64,000 nt of DNA from Candidatus Latescibacterota bacterium (GTDB taxonomy: Bacteria > Latescibacterota > UBA2968 > GCA-2709665), in contig OZ244937.1 of NCBI GenBank assembly GCA_965222075.1, forward strand, positions 1,184,001 through 1,248,000, given 5' to 3'. The notes below the pieces were generated by a model. It saw nothing but the letters and a program-made list of their open reading frames with translations. It was not told the DNA's origin and made no database searches. Positions 40,821-50,353 of this stretch are shown here, in pieces. The position numbers and the translations under genes were made by a program. Position 1 is the first letter of the stretch. The number at the start of each line of letters is the position of its first letter.

Positions 40821-43800
40821 ATGATAATCCGGATGTTCCGAATGCCGACAATCCTCAACAGAAACAAAGTCAAAAAACATCTGGAGGAATTCAACCTCCG
40901 ACCTCTCTTTATCGAGGAATTTGGTTGGGACCATGGGGGCGTTGACACAGAGGTTAGCGTAGCCGAGCGTTCGTACGCCCTCGAAGTCATCGCCCAAAAG
41001 CGCGGCATGGTCGCCTACCAGTATGTCGCCGGCGCGGAGGCGACGTTTCCCGATCACCCCACCCGCCGGAAGATCGAGAGAGCCGTCGCGAAGGAGGTGC
41101 GTGAACACATCATCGTTTACGCCACCCACGACAGGACTGAGCAATCCTGGCAATGGGTAAAACGCGAACCCGGCCAGCCGGATCGGCAACGTTCGGAGTC
41201 CTACCGCCACGGGGATACCGGAGAACGGCTTATCCAGAAGCTGGAGTATCTCATCTTCACGCTGGACGAAGAAGAAGACCTGACCATCGTCGATGTATCG
41301 CGCTGGGTGCGGGCTGCCTTTGACGTAGAGAGGGTCACCAGGCGGTTCTACGACCGCTTCAAAAAGGGGCATCAGACCTTTCTGGGGTTCATCGAGGGGA
41401 TCGGGAACCTGGCCGACCGCGAATGGTACGCCTCGCTGATGTTGAACCGGATGATGTTCATCTATTTCATCCAGAAGCGTGGATTCCTCGACAACAATGT
41501 GGACTACCTGCGTGATCGTCTCGAAACGGTGCGGCAGCGGCAGGGAGAGGGCAGATTCATCAGTTTCTACCGCCTGTTCCTCCTGAAGCTGTTCCATGAG
41601 GGGTTGGGCCAGCCGGAGGCCGACCGCGCCCCTGAACTGGCGGAGTTGCTTGGCCAGGTGCCGTATCTCAACGGCGGCCTGTTCGACGTGCACGATCTGG
41701 AGCGGGACAATCCGGAGATCCACATTCCCGATGAAGCGTTCGAGCAGATCTTCGCCTTCTTCGATGCCTACCAGTGGCACCTCGACGACCGGCCGCTCCG
41801 CAACGACAACGAGATCAATCCCGACGTGCTCGGCTACATCTTCGAGAAGTACATCAACCAGAAGCAGATGGGGGCCTATTACACGAAGGAGGACATCACC
41901 GGGTACATCAGCCGCAACACCGTCATCCCCTTCCTGTTCGACTGGGCGAAGAAGGCCTGTCCCATCGCCTTCAGGCCCGGCGGCGGCGTGTGGCGGCTGT
42001 TACAGGACGATCCGGACCGCTATTTCTACGAGGCGGTCCGCCACGGCGTTACTGAGGACTTGGGCGACAAGCGCGAACTGCCGCCAGAGATAGCCGCAGG
42101 GCTGGATGACGTGTCCAAACGCGACGGCTGGAACAAACCGGCCCCGAGCGACTATGCCCTGCCGACGGAGACGTGGCGCGAGCACGTGGCCCGGCGCCAG
42201 CGCTACGAGGAAGTCCACGCCAAACTCGCCGCGGGGGAGGTCACGTCGATCAACGACCTCATCACGTACAACCTGGACATCGAGAAGTTCGCCCAGGACG
42301 TCATCGCCGGCAGCGAGGGGCCTGAACTCATCCGCGCCTTCTGGAAGGCGCTTACCGGGGTCTCGATTCTCGATCCCACCTGCGGCTCCGGCGCGTTCCT
42401 GTTCGCGGCGCTCAACATCCTGGAACCGATATACACCGCCTGCCTGGAGTCCATGCAGGGATTCCTCGACGATCTGGAGCGCTCGAAGTGTAAGCACCAC
42501 CCGGAGAAAATGCGTGACTTTCGCCAGGTGCTGAAGCGGGTCGAAGAGCACGCCAGCGAACGCTACTTCATTCTCAAGTCCATCATTATTGACAACCTAT
42601 ACGGTGTTGATATTATGGAAGAGGCCGTGGAGATCTGCAAACTCCGCCTGTTCCTGAAACTGGTCGCCCAGCTGGAGAGTTACGAGCAGATTGAGCCATT
42701 GCCCGACATTGATTTCAACGTCCGCGCCGGCAACACGCTCGTCGGCTTTACGACTCTTGAGGAAATACAGGATGCATTCGTCGTCACCCCGGATGACCAG
42801 CGCAGAATGCTCTATGCCGAAGACACGGCCAAGTTGAAACGTATCGAGGAGGATGCCAAGATCGCCGACCAAGCCTTCCGTATGTTCCGCAAGATGCAAA
42901 CCAAGCACGGCATGGACGCCGGCGCGTTTGCCGACACCAAGTTGGAATTGCGAAGACGGCTGGATGACCTGCGCGACGAATTGGACCGGTATCTGGCCGT
43001 GGAATACGGCGTCAAAGACAGCGACACAGCGGCCTATGAGCAATGGCGCGCCAGCCACCAGCCCTTCCACTGGTTCGTGGAGTTCTACGGAATCATGCAC
43101 AATGGCGGGTTTGACGTGATTATTGGTAATCCGCCGTATGTAGAGTACAAGAAGATAAAGAAAAACTACGAGGTCCACGGTTTCAAAACTCTGGCCTGCG
43201 GTGATTTATATGCATTTTGTACAGAGCGCGCTTTGGAGCTTCTTCTCTTGAAAGGTCACTTGGGATTGATTGTCCCAATATCGATATTCGGAACTGATGG
43301 CTTCAGCCCCTTGCAAGAGCTGTCGCTGAATATGCTCGATCCAGTGTGGATTTCATGCTTCGCAAATCGTCCATCCCAGCTGTTCGATGGAGCACAGAAA
43401 AGACTTACGATCTTATTGGGCCGACGGTGCGGTGGGCGTTCGCCCACGGTCTTCACTTCTACGTACCTGCGCTGGCGTCGAGAAGAGTTCACTGACCTCT
43501 TTAGTTCTCGGATTCGATACGCGTCTCCGCATCAAAACTTCTGTATATTTCCAGCGTCGCTTGAGAAACTCGGATCGCAACTTGAGGTCCGAGCCTTTAG
43601 TCGGTTGGCACAAAGGCGGAGGAAACTCGCCGAATCAGTCACACAATACAGTCGGTTTCGAGTCTTCTACACACGTAAATTTGGGTACTTCTTAGCGTTT
43701 CTTGATTTTGTTCCGGAGATAGTTGATGGCGAGACCGACTGCCGAGTGTCCCCGTCAGAACTGAAAGATCTCGGACTATCGTCGTCGGAATCAGTACAGG

Positions 43801-44150
43801 TGGTTGTCGCGGTTTTGAGCTCGTCAACTTTCTTCTGGTTTTGGAATGTTCTTTCTGATTGCCGCAACCTAAACAAACGGGATCTACTAGCTTTCCCATT
43901 TCACCCCGAAGGCCTTGCCTCGACGCTCAGGAGAAAAATGGCTGGTTTGGGGAAGCGCTACCTGCGTGAGCTTCGCACGACCTCGCGGACGATGCTGAAA
44001 AGCAGTCTGCGAATAGAGACCTTCGACTACGCGGCGTGCAAACCGATCGTTGACGAAATCGATCGGTTGCTAGCTGGTCACTACGGATTCACGGAGGAGG
44101 AGCTCGACTTCATCATCAATTACGACATCAAATATCGTATGGGGCTGTAG
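40821..44150 (+). CDS. Eco57I-like gamma-class N6-adenine DNA methyltransferase with C-terminal target-recognition domain
   Basis: PYLNGGLF, GAYYT, ILDPTCGSGAF (motif I), GVDI, FDVIIGNPPY (motif IV); no clear nuclease motif seen. Confidence 0.9.
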   Translation: MIIRMFRMPTILNRNKVKKHLEEFNLRPLFIEEFGWDHGGVDTEVSVAERSYALEVIAQKRGMVAYQYVAGAEATFPDHPTRRKIERAVAKEVREHIIVYATHDRTEQSWQWVKREPGQPDRQRSESYRHGDTGERLIQKLEYLIFTLDEEEDLTIVDVSRWVRAAFDVERVTRRFYDRFKKGHQTFLGFIEGIGNLADREWYASLMLNRMMFIYFIQKRGFLDNNVDYLRDRLETVRQRQGEGRFISFYRLFLLKLFHEGLGQPEADRAPELAELLGQVPYLNGGLFDVHDLERDNPEIHIPDEAFEQIFAFFDAYQWHLDDRPLRNDNEINPDVLGYIFEKYINQKQMGAYYTKEDITGYISRNTVIPFLFDWAKKACPIAFRPGGGVWRLLQDDPDRYFYEAVRHGVTEDLGDKRELPPEIAAGLDDVSKRDGWNKPAPSDYALPTETWREHVARRQRYEEVHAKLAAGEVTSINDLITYNLDIEKFAQDVIAGSEGPELIRAFWKALTGVSILDPTCGSGAFLFAALNILEPIYTACLESMQGFLDDLERSKCKHHPEKMRDFRQVLKRVEEHASERYFILKSIIIDNLYGVDIMEEAVEICKLRLFLKLVAQLESYEQIEPLPDIDFNVRAGNTLVGFTTLEEIQDAFVVTPDDQRRMLYAEDTAKLKRIEEDAKIADQAFRMFRKMQTKHGMDAGAFADTKLELRRRLDDLRDELDRYLAVEYGVKDSDTAAYEQWRASHQPFHWFVEFYGIMHNGGFDVIIGNPPYVEYKKIKKNYEVHGFKTLACGDLYAFCTERALELLLLKGHLGLIVPISIFGTDGFSPLQELSLNMLDPVWISCFANRPSQLFDGAQKRLTILLGRRCGGRSPTVFTSTYLRWRREEFTDLFSSRIRYASPHQNFCIFPASLEKLGSQLEVRAFSRLAQRRRKLAESVTQYSRFRVFYTRKFGYFLAFLDFVPEIVDGETDCRVSPSELKDLGLSSSESVQVVVAVLSSSTFFWFWNVLSDCRNLNKRDLLAFPFHPEGLASTLRRKMAGLGKRYLRELRTTSRTMLKSSLRIETFDYAACKPIVDEIDRLLAGHYGFTEEELDFIINYDIKYRMGL

Positions 44151-44155
44151 CCGGT

Positions 44156-44788
44156 ATGTTAATGCTTACAGCGGAACAACATCAGATCTTCAAATGGATC
44201 TACTGTAAACTCCAGTTGCCGGTTTATGCGGAAGCATACAAGGGTGCCGCGCATTCACTGCAAAATAGGTCTCCCGGATATATTACTTTCGTATCGCACG
44301 TGGCTAGAGATCTTATGAACGGCCTACCTCGAGCGGTCGCGGGTATTCGGTCATCTCAAGTTCAGTATCGTCAACATCTGGATAAACTTCAAAAGAAATG
44401 GAAAGATGAATGGCGCGGACAAGGGCTAGTCTCTCCCCAACAGGATGAGGGCCACATGATTCCTTACACCGTATGCGAGATGATTGCGGAACTGATAAGC
44501 GAACACAAGGAGGGACATCGTAGAAGTGAAGAGGCTGGTGATATTTTTTTTGATACCTTTCTTGGATATTCGGATAGAGATAGGATTACCAATTTGAGTA
44601 GATGGAGAGAAGCAAGAAGGTTTTTTTTGGCCAATACTCACCTTCGGGAGAAAGCCTTCTCAGCGGAAGTGTACACCAGAGTGGAAGAGAATTTCAGGAT
44701 ACTCGAGAAATTTCTACACATCGCGGCAACAAGTGAATATAGTCGAATAGGGAGTTTAGATGCAATCTTGGAAGAAGCCAACAAGTGA
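44156..44788 (+). CDS. Hypothetical helical protein with possible HEPN-like R-x6-H motif
   Basis: 210 aa ORF, lower GC; SHVARDLMNGLP and RFFLANTH; overlaps the next gene by 29 nt. Confidence 0.65.
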   Translation: MLMLTAEQHQIFKWIYCKLQLPVYAEAYKGAAHSLQNRSPGYITFVSHVARDLMNGLPRAVAGIRSSQVQYRQHLDKLQKKWKDEWRGQGLVSPQQDEGHMIPYTVCEMIAELISEHKEGHRRSEEAGDIFFDTFLGYSDRDRITNLSRWREARRFFLANTHLREKAFSAEVYTRVEENFRILEKFLHIAATSEYSRIGSLDAILEEANK

Positions 44789-47700
44789 AACGGTAGAGCG
44801 ATCTCTGGCGTTGATTGAGAAAGAAACTGACCGCCAATATTTCTTTTCTCGTCTGAGAAACCCTTGGTGGATTCAGCCGCTTGCCGAGCGTGGGTGTTTT
44901 AAGTCTCCTCCTGATATTAGGTATTTGCCAGATGGTTATGTCCAGCTTCCTTTCTGGCCGGAGCTTCAATATCTCAAGAATATATGCAAAAAAGATGCCC
45001 CAAAGGAAATCATCCAGGAGATTATTCAGATCGTGCTGCAACTTCCGGCAGTCGATAATCCAAGGGTCTATAATGATATTTTGGACATAGCATTGGAACT
45101 CGACGGTGAGCAATCCGCACGACTCAACCCCAAAATGCTTGAATACGCCAGGCTCGAACACCAATTCTTGCCTTTTCAGTATCCCGAACTGCTGGCTCAT
45201 TGGACGGCCCAGGACCAAACGGAAGCCGTATTGGAACTCGCGAATATACTTGTCCAATTCGACCCCGACCCCCAAGCAGAAGAAAAGCAGAAGCAACGAA
45301 AAGAGATCAATGATGACCAGACGGCCTCTGTCAAGGATCAGGTGGCCTCAATGAGGACCATACTCAGACCTGTCCCTCGATTCAACGAAAACTATCAGGA
45401 GATCTTGAATGAAGGCGTTCGCCCGCTGGCCGAGAAAGTGCCTTACAAGGTCGCCCGTATGTTGATGGATGCTACGGCGAGCATGATTCGTCTCGGAAAG
45501 CACGAAGACGACCTTGAAAGCGGTAAGAGCTCTGATTATTCCGAAATCTGGTGTCCGCGGCTCAATCAACAAAGCCGGGACTATCCAGACCCCCAGGAAA
45601 CCCTCGTCAATACGCTTACCTATGCCTGCGAGAAGGTTTATGAGAAATTGCCCGCGTCAATTGAAGCCCTGGACAGCGCTTTAAGGAACCAGCAGTGGGA
45701 TGTTTTCAGGCGTCTCCGGCAACACCTGTACGCTTTATACCCGGGCGAGCAAACTCGGCCGTGGATTCGGGAGTTGGTCCTGGTGTATGGTGACTATGCG
45801 AAATGGGAACACTACTATGAGTTTCAGCGGATGATACGAGTGGCTTGCGAGCATTTTGGCGCGGAGTTGCTCACGGAAGACGAGCGGGCCCAAATTTTCG
45901 ATGCGATCCTCAGCGGTCCTTCGAAGGAAGATTTTCGCGAAAAGATGGGTGAGCAATTCACGGAAGATGGTTTCGAGCAGAGGAGACGGGAGTTCCATCG
46001 CCAGCAACTCAGGCCGTTCACAACGGTGCTCTTTGGGGAGCATGCGGGCTACTTCCAGGAACTCGAAAACGATGAAACCGCAGACGAGGTCACGGATGAG
46101 AACTACTGGCCCGTCAAAGAATCTAAAGGGGGAAGGGTTACTTCTCGTAGCCCAAGATCACCCGAAGAACTCGCGAATCTCCCGGATGAGGAGCTACTTG
46201 CCTACATTAATGATTGGCAGGACGAACACTGGGACAGAGATGATGGGCACACACAGATCACCATTGAAGCGCTGTCCGGAGCGTTTCAGACGGTATTCAA
46301 GGATCCGATCATCACGGACGCCAGCAGACTCAGCTTTTGGATGAAGAATCGTGACAAAATCCTCCGGCCCACTTACGTACGGGCGATGATTGATGCAATG
46401 CAGGAGCACATAAAGGCAAAGAACTTCGATAAGCTCGACGAGTGGTTCCCATTTTGCGAATGGGTGCTTTCACATCCCGATTCGGAAAACGAGGAAGGCG
46501 TCGGAAGTGGGCTATTCGGAGATGAATCCCGCGAGTCTCCCAATTGGCATACCTCGCGGCGAGCGGTCTGTGACTTTATCGAAGCCTGCCTGCCTGCAGC
46601 GCAGTACGCTGCGCAGGCAGGTCTTAAACCGGATGTAGATGTGCCGCTTTTATTTCGTGGACAACTGGGCAGGCTTCTGGAGATGCTCTGCACACAATAT
46701 GATTGGCATCTGGATCAAGACAATTCGACCCTGTTGAACCGCGACGATCAACTGGCCGAGGCCATTAACACGACGCGGGGCCGCGCGCTGGAGAATCTGG
46801 TCAATTTCGGACTATGGGTACGCAGGCATGATGACAGAGCGGAAGTTCACGAAATGAAGGCGATCCTCGAAAAAAGGTTCAGTTCGGAAGCGGAGTATCC
46901 GCTGACGCTTCCGGAGCACGCTATCCTGGGCATGTGGTACAGGCAGATTTTCGATCTTGATGAGAAGTGGGCTATTGCCCGAAAATCGGTTTTCTTTCCC
47001 CAAAACAATATGCGTGCATGGCGGGAGGCGTTTGGAAACTTTCTTCGCCGGAGCCGCCCCGACAAACCGATTTTTAATGAATTTCGCGATGACTTCGAGT
47101 TTGCTCTGGAACATCTGGATTGTTTGAGACAACAAAAGCAGTCTGGGCCAAAGTCGACCGATATCCTCGGTCAGCACCTGTTCAAATACTATGTGTGGGA
47201 AGTATATCCATTGAAAGGCGCCGGTAGCTTGCTGGAGGACTTTTACAAGGCAACCGGCGGCGAACGGGCGCATTGGGCGACGTTATTTGCCTATGTCGGA
47301 CGTTCATTGGAAAATACCGGCAAACGGCTTGACGAAGGCTTGAAGGACAGGATCGTTGCCTTCTTCGAGTGGCGGTTAGAAGTCGGGGAACCGGCGGAAC
47401 TTCGAGAGTTCGCCTCATGGCTGAAAGCTGAGTGCATGGATGCCGAATGGCGGTTGAAAGCCTTGTTGGAGGTTTTGGAAATAGGTGAAACTCTGGATGA
47501 AACCGGGACTCTTGAGGTGGGTTGGTGGGACCACCCGAGGACATGGCTCCCTCACGAGGTTACGCGGTCAATGCCAGCACTGCTCCCGATGCATACTCCT
47601 CGGGCGGTCGAATGCTTTGCCAAGCTGATCGATTCCATGCCCAAAAGTGGCGAGGTCCACATCCCAACCGACGATGCAAAAGCCATCTTGAAAGCCGGTT

Positions 47701-47789
47701 TCGAGCACGACGACGAAAGCGTCCGCAAGAACGCCAAGCACGCCCAGGACAACCTGCTCAAAAGGGGTTACTTTAGCGTCATGGACTGA
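44760..47789 (+). CDS. Large alpha-helical hypothetical protein (1009 aa), candidate defence scaffold/sensor
   Basis: Long ORF with GGAG RBS; YFFSRLRNPWWIQPL, AINTTRGRALE; no catalytic motif recognised. Confidence 0.75.
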   Translation: MQSWKKPTSETVERSLALIEKETDRQYFFSRLRNPWWIQPLAERGCFKSPPDIRYLPDGYVQLPFWPELQYLKNICKKDAPKEIIQEIIQIVLQLPAVDNPRVYNDILDIALELDGEQSARLNPKMLEYARLEHQFLPFQYPELLAHWTAQDQTEAVLELANILVQFDPDPQAEEKQKQRKEINDDQTASVKDQVASMRTILRPVPRFNENYQEILNEGVRPLAEKVPYKVARMLMDATASMIRLGKHEDDLESGKSSDYSEIWCPRLNQQSRDYPDPQETLVNTLTYACEKVYEKLPASIEALDSALRNQQWDVFRRLRQHLYALYPGEQTRPWIRELVLVYGDYAKWEHYYEFQRMIRVACEHFGAELLTEDERAQIFDAILSGPSKEDFREKMGEQFTEDGFEQRRREFHRQQLRPFTTVLFGEHAGYFQELENDETADEVTDENYWPVKESKGGRVTSRSPRSPEELANLPDEELLAYINDWQDEHWDRDDGHTQITIEALSGAFQTVFKDPIITDASRLSFWMKNRDKILRPTYVRAMIDAMQEHIKAKNFDKLDEWFPFCEWVLSHPDSENEEGVGSGLFGDESRESPNWHTSRRAVCDFIEACLPAAQYAAQAGLKPDVDVPLLFRGQLGRLLEMLCTQYDWHLDQDNSTLLNRDDQLAEAINTTRGRALENLVNFGLWVRRHDDRAEVHEMKAILEKRFSSEAEYPLTLPEHAILGMWYRQIFDLDEKWAIARKSVFFPQNNMRAWREAFGNFLRRSRPDKPIFNEFRDDFEFALEHLDCLRQQKQSGPKSTDILGQHLFKYYVWEVYPLKGAGSLLEDFYKATGGERAHWATLFAYVGRSLENTGKRLDEGLKDRIVAFFEWRLEVGEPAELREFASWLKAECMDAEWRLKALLEVLEIGETLDETGTLEVGWWDHPRTWLPHEVTRSMPALLPMHTPRAVECFAKLIDSMPKSGEVHIPTDDAKAILKAGFEHDDESVRKNAKHAQDNLLKRGYFSVMD
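46589..46621. repeat. CCTGCCTG-family palindromic element, copy 4 (33 nt, in frame)
   Basis: CCTGCCT-GCA-GCGCAG-TACG-CTGCGC-AGGCAGG; removal gives EACLKPD. 30/33 identical to the reverse complement of copy 1. Confidence 0.88.
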
Positions 47790-47842
47790 GCAATCTGAGC
47801 CGGGATGTGGGGTGACGGTACGCTAACGAAGAAGAGATAAAT

Positions 47843-48187
47843 ATGGAAATGACCGACGCCAACCTTGACGACATTGTTTCGTGTCTTCTGACTGTTGATC
47901 CCTACAGGATTGTACTTTTTGGATCGCTTGCAGCGGAGACGGGGAGCTCGGAAAGTGATATCGATTTGCTGGTCATCCTGGACTCTGAGGCTATCTCGCA
48001 GACCTATGAGGAAAGGATGAAAAGAAGGCTAACAGTGAGGAACAGTATCCGAGAGATCAACAGGCAGATCCCCATCGACCTTGTTGTCTACACCAAAGCC
48101 GAGTACGAGCTTCTTCAGAAGCAGGGCGCTTCGTTTCTTAACGGCATAGAAAGTTCAGGGAAGACGTTGTATGAGAAGGCAAGCTAA
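47843..48187 (+). CDS. Minimal nucleotidyltransferase (MNT antitoxin-like)
   Basis: VLFGSLA..SDIDLLVI..IDLVVY. Confidence 0.85.
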   Translation: MEMTDANLDDIVSCLLTVDPYRIVLFGSLAAETGSSESDIDLLVILDSEAISQTYEERMKRRLTVRNSIREINRQIPIDLVVYTKAEYELLQKQGASFLNGIESSGKTLYEKAS

Positions 48188-48305
48188 GCTGGAATCGGCT
48201 CGCGATGACCTGGGCGTTGTAGAGGAACTTATCCACCGCGACGAACTGACGCATATGGTTGCCTTTCACTTGAATGGATTCCATGGTGAAGATCAGACGT
48301 TATGA
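48171..48305 (+). pseudogene. Truncated HEPN-domain gene (MNT partner)
   Basis: MRRQAKLESARDDLGVVEELIHRDELTHMVAFH matches the N-terminal helices of HEPN proteins; similarity ends at 48269, stop at 48305. Confidence 0.65.
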
Positions 48306-48936
48306 ACCGGGGGCGCCTGACTACCCGCCAGCGTTACGACGTTGTTCTGACGGCGGGGGGCCGCCTGCCGTCACGGCACGGGGCAACCTCAGCACACTCG
48401 ACGGAACACTGACCGGCTTCTTCTGCTCGGTGCGTTGTCCGGGCGACGTGATCCTCAAGACCTACGATCTTGCGCGGAGGCTGCGCGAAACCGACCTGAC
48501 GATTGCCGGCGGTTTCCAGTCGCCCATGGAGAAGGAGTGCCTGGACCTGCTGCTGCGAGGTTCGGCGTCCGTCGTGGTCTGTCCGGCTCGGGGGCTTGGC
48601 CGGATGCGGATTCCGAAAGGCTGGCAGAACCCGCTCGCCGAAGGACGTCTCCTGATTCTTTCCTTTTTCAACGACAGCGTTCGACGCGCCACGGTAAGCA
48701 CCGCCGCCAGGCGCAATGCCTGTGTCGCCGCGCTTGCCGACCGTATCCTGATCGCCCACGCCGAAAAGGGCGGAAAAATCGAGGCTTTGTGCAAAAATGC
48801 GCTGGCCAGCGGAAAACCGGTGTTCACCCTGGAGTCCGCGGACAATGCCCACCTCATGGAACTCGGCGCCCGGTCGGTGCCTGCTGACAACCCCGCGTGC
48901 CTCATAGCAGACCGAATCGATCCTTCAACCGACTGA
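48274..48936 (+). CDS. Short DprA/SMF-like (SLOG fold) protein
   Basis: RGNL..L..GFFCSVRCPG, GGFQSPMEKECL, RRNACVAALAD.ILIAHA..GGK. Confidence 0.75.
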   Translation: MDSMVKIRRYEPGAPDYPPALRRCSDGGGPPAVTARGNLSTLDGTLTGFFCSVRCPGDVILKTYDLARRLRETDLTIAGGFQSPMEKECLDLLLRGSASVVVCPARGLGRMRIPKGWQNPLAEGRLLILSFFNDSVRRATVSTAARRNACVAALADRILIAHAEKGGKIEALCKNALASGKPVFTLESADNAHLMELGARSVPADNPACLIADRIDPSTD

Positions 48937-48988
48937 GAGGACCTGCCGGAGACGGCCGATAGGCTGTCACTTTGCGAGGGAGGTAGAT

Positions 48989-49939
48989 ATGGCACGACCG
49001 GTCACGGTCTCGCTTGTGAGTTTCCCTACGTTTCCGCCCGAAGCACCCGACCGGCTTGCAAGGACGATAGGGCGCATGGAGGCATTCGTGGACGAGGCCG
49101 CACGCCGCAACAGTGCCCTGGTCGCGTTTCCGGAAACGTGCAATTATCTTGCTTCGGGACCCACCTGGCTTAAGGCCGAACCGATAGACGGCCCCACGCT
49201 TTCGGCCATGCGCAAGAAGGCCTCAGAGCACGGCGTGTATGTCGTGTGTCCCCTGGTCCTTGATGAAGACGGAACACGTCGGAACAGTTCCGTGCTGATC
49301 GGCCGTGACGGCCGGGTCGCCGGCATATATCGCAAGAATTTCCCCACCCACGAGGAATTGGACGCGGGCGTCATCCCCGGCACGGAGGCACCCGTATTTG
49401 AGACTGACTTCGGTCGCCTGGGTCTGTCCATCTGTTTCGACCTGTTTTTCTGGGAGGTCGGCTCCCGGCTTGCAGCGGGTGGGGCGGAATTGGTCATCTG
49501 GTCCAGCATGCCCCCGGGCGGGCGGATGTTGGCCAGATGGCCGACCGAGTTCGGCTTTCAGATGGGCGCCGTCACGTCCAACCGCTCCACATTCGTGGAC
49601 GTGGCCGGGCGCGAGATCGCGATGATGCGCGGCGGCATCTACAACGCCACCGGGGGGGCGGTTGCGCCCCTGACGACGGCCACATTGGACCTCGACCGCC
49701 GGCTGCTGTGTCACGACTACAACCTCCGGCGGATTGAAGCGGTCTGCGAAAAATACGGAAGCAGCAATATTTACGCCGAGTGGATCAGAAGCGAGTGTCT
49801 GGTGGTCTTCGGTTCCCAGATGCCGGACATCACCACCGACGAATTGATCGAGGAGTTCAAAATGGAGACGATGCGCGACTATCTGGGACGCGCCCGACGC
49901 AGCCGCAAGCGGGCGCTGAAAGGCACCTACTTGCGGTGA
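48989..49939 (+). CDS. Carbon-nitrogen hydrolase (nitrilase superfamily)
   Basis: Catalytic triad motifs FPE, YRK, ICFD. Confidence 0.88.
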   Translation: MARPVTVSLVSFPTFPPEAPDRLARTIGRMEAFVDEAARRNSALVAFPETCNYLASGPTWLKAEPIDGPTLSAMRKKASEHGVYVVCPLVLDEDGTRRNSSVLIGRDGRVAGIYRKNFPTHEELDAGVIPGTEAPVFETDFGRLGLSICFDLFFWEVGSRLAAGGAELVIWSSMPPGGRMLARWPTEFGFQMGAVTSNRSTFVDVAGREIAMMRGGIYNATGGAVAPLTTATLDLDRRLLCHDYNLRRIEAVCEKYGSSNIYAEWIRSECLVVFGSQMPDITTDELIEEFKMETMRDYLGRARRSRKRALKGTYLR

Positions 49940-49952
49940 GCTTGTCGAACCG
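49934..49952. repeat. REP-like short palindrome GGTGAGCTTGTCGAACC overlapping the nitrilase stop codon
   Basis: CGGTGAGCTTGTCGAACCG; a short repeat motif I recall from diverse bacteria; single clear copy here. Confidence 0.5.
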
Positions 49953-50046
49953 TTTGTCCGGATGATGTTGAGAAGCTGCTGCTTGGAAAATAAGATGGCT
50001 TTGTCGCTCAGTCCCGGGCGGTTTCCGTCATCCGCAATCCCACCCC

Positions 50047-50330
50047 GCCCTTCCCATGCCTTCGGCGAGGCCTTTTTCTTGATCGCCCAAGAAAAAGGCC
50101 GAAAAAGAAGGGCGCCGCTCAGACGCCGCGGGGGCTGCTTTTCCGCGAATTGTCCCTGTGGTGGAAACGGAAGCTTCTGCCCTGCGGACCTTTCGGGCAT
50201 GCCTGGACGATGGTGATGGACGGAACCGCGCGGAAAAGCCCCATCACCCCGCACCGTGGTGCCCCAAAGGGAGCATGACAACTGTCTTAAGCCCCCGGCG
50301 GTCTTCGCGCGGTTGCTGGCAGGGGTTTTT
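50047..50330. other. Structured intergenic element (MITE-like or ncRNA candidate)
   Basis: 13-bp IR 50069-50081/50088-50100 within outer stem 50047-50053/50107-50113; C-TTCG-G hairpin; 11-bp IR 50137-50147/50229-50239; GC hairpin with T tract at about 50290-50330. Confidence 0.5.
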
Positions 50331-50353
50331 GTATCCGATCAGAGGACGATACC

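Noticed and set aside
36725-44150. DISARM or BREX system
   Set aside because: No drmA/drmB (DUF1998) or brxC/pglZ genes in the window.
49962-50350. TPP riboswitch, ilv attenuator peptide, or the small ORFs 49962-50216 and 50158-50595
   Set aside because: No CTGAGA/ACCTGA riboswitch core and no Leu/Val-rich leader peptide; the ORFs are translations of palindromic DNA.
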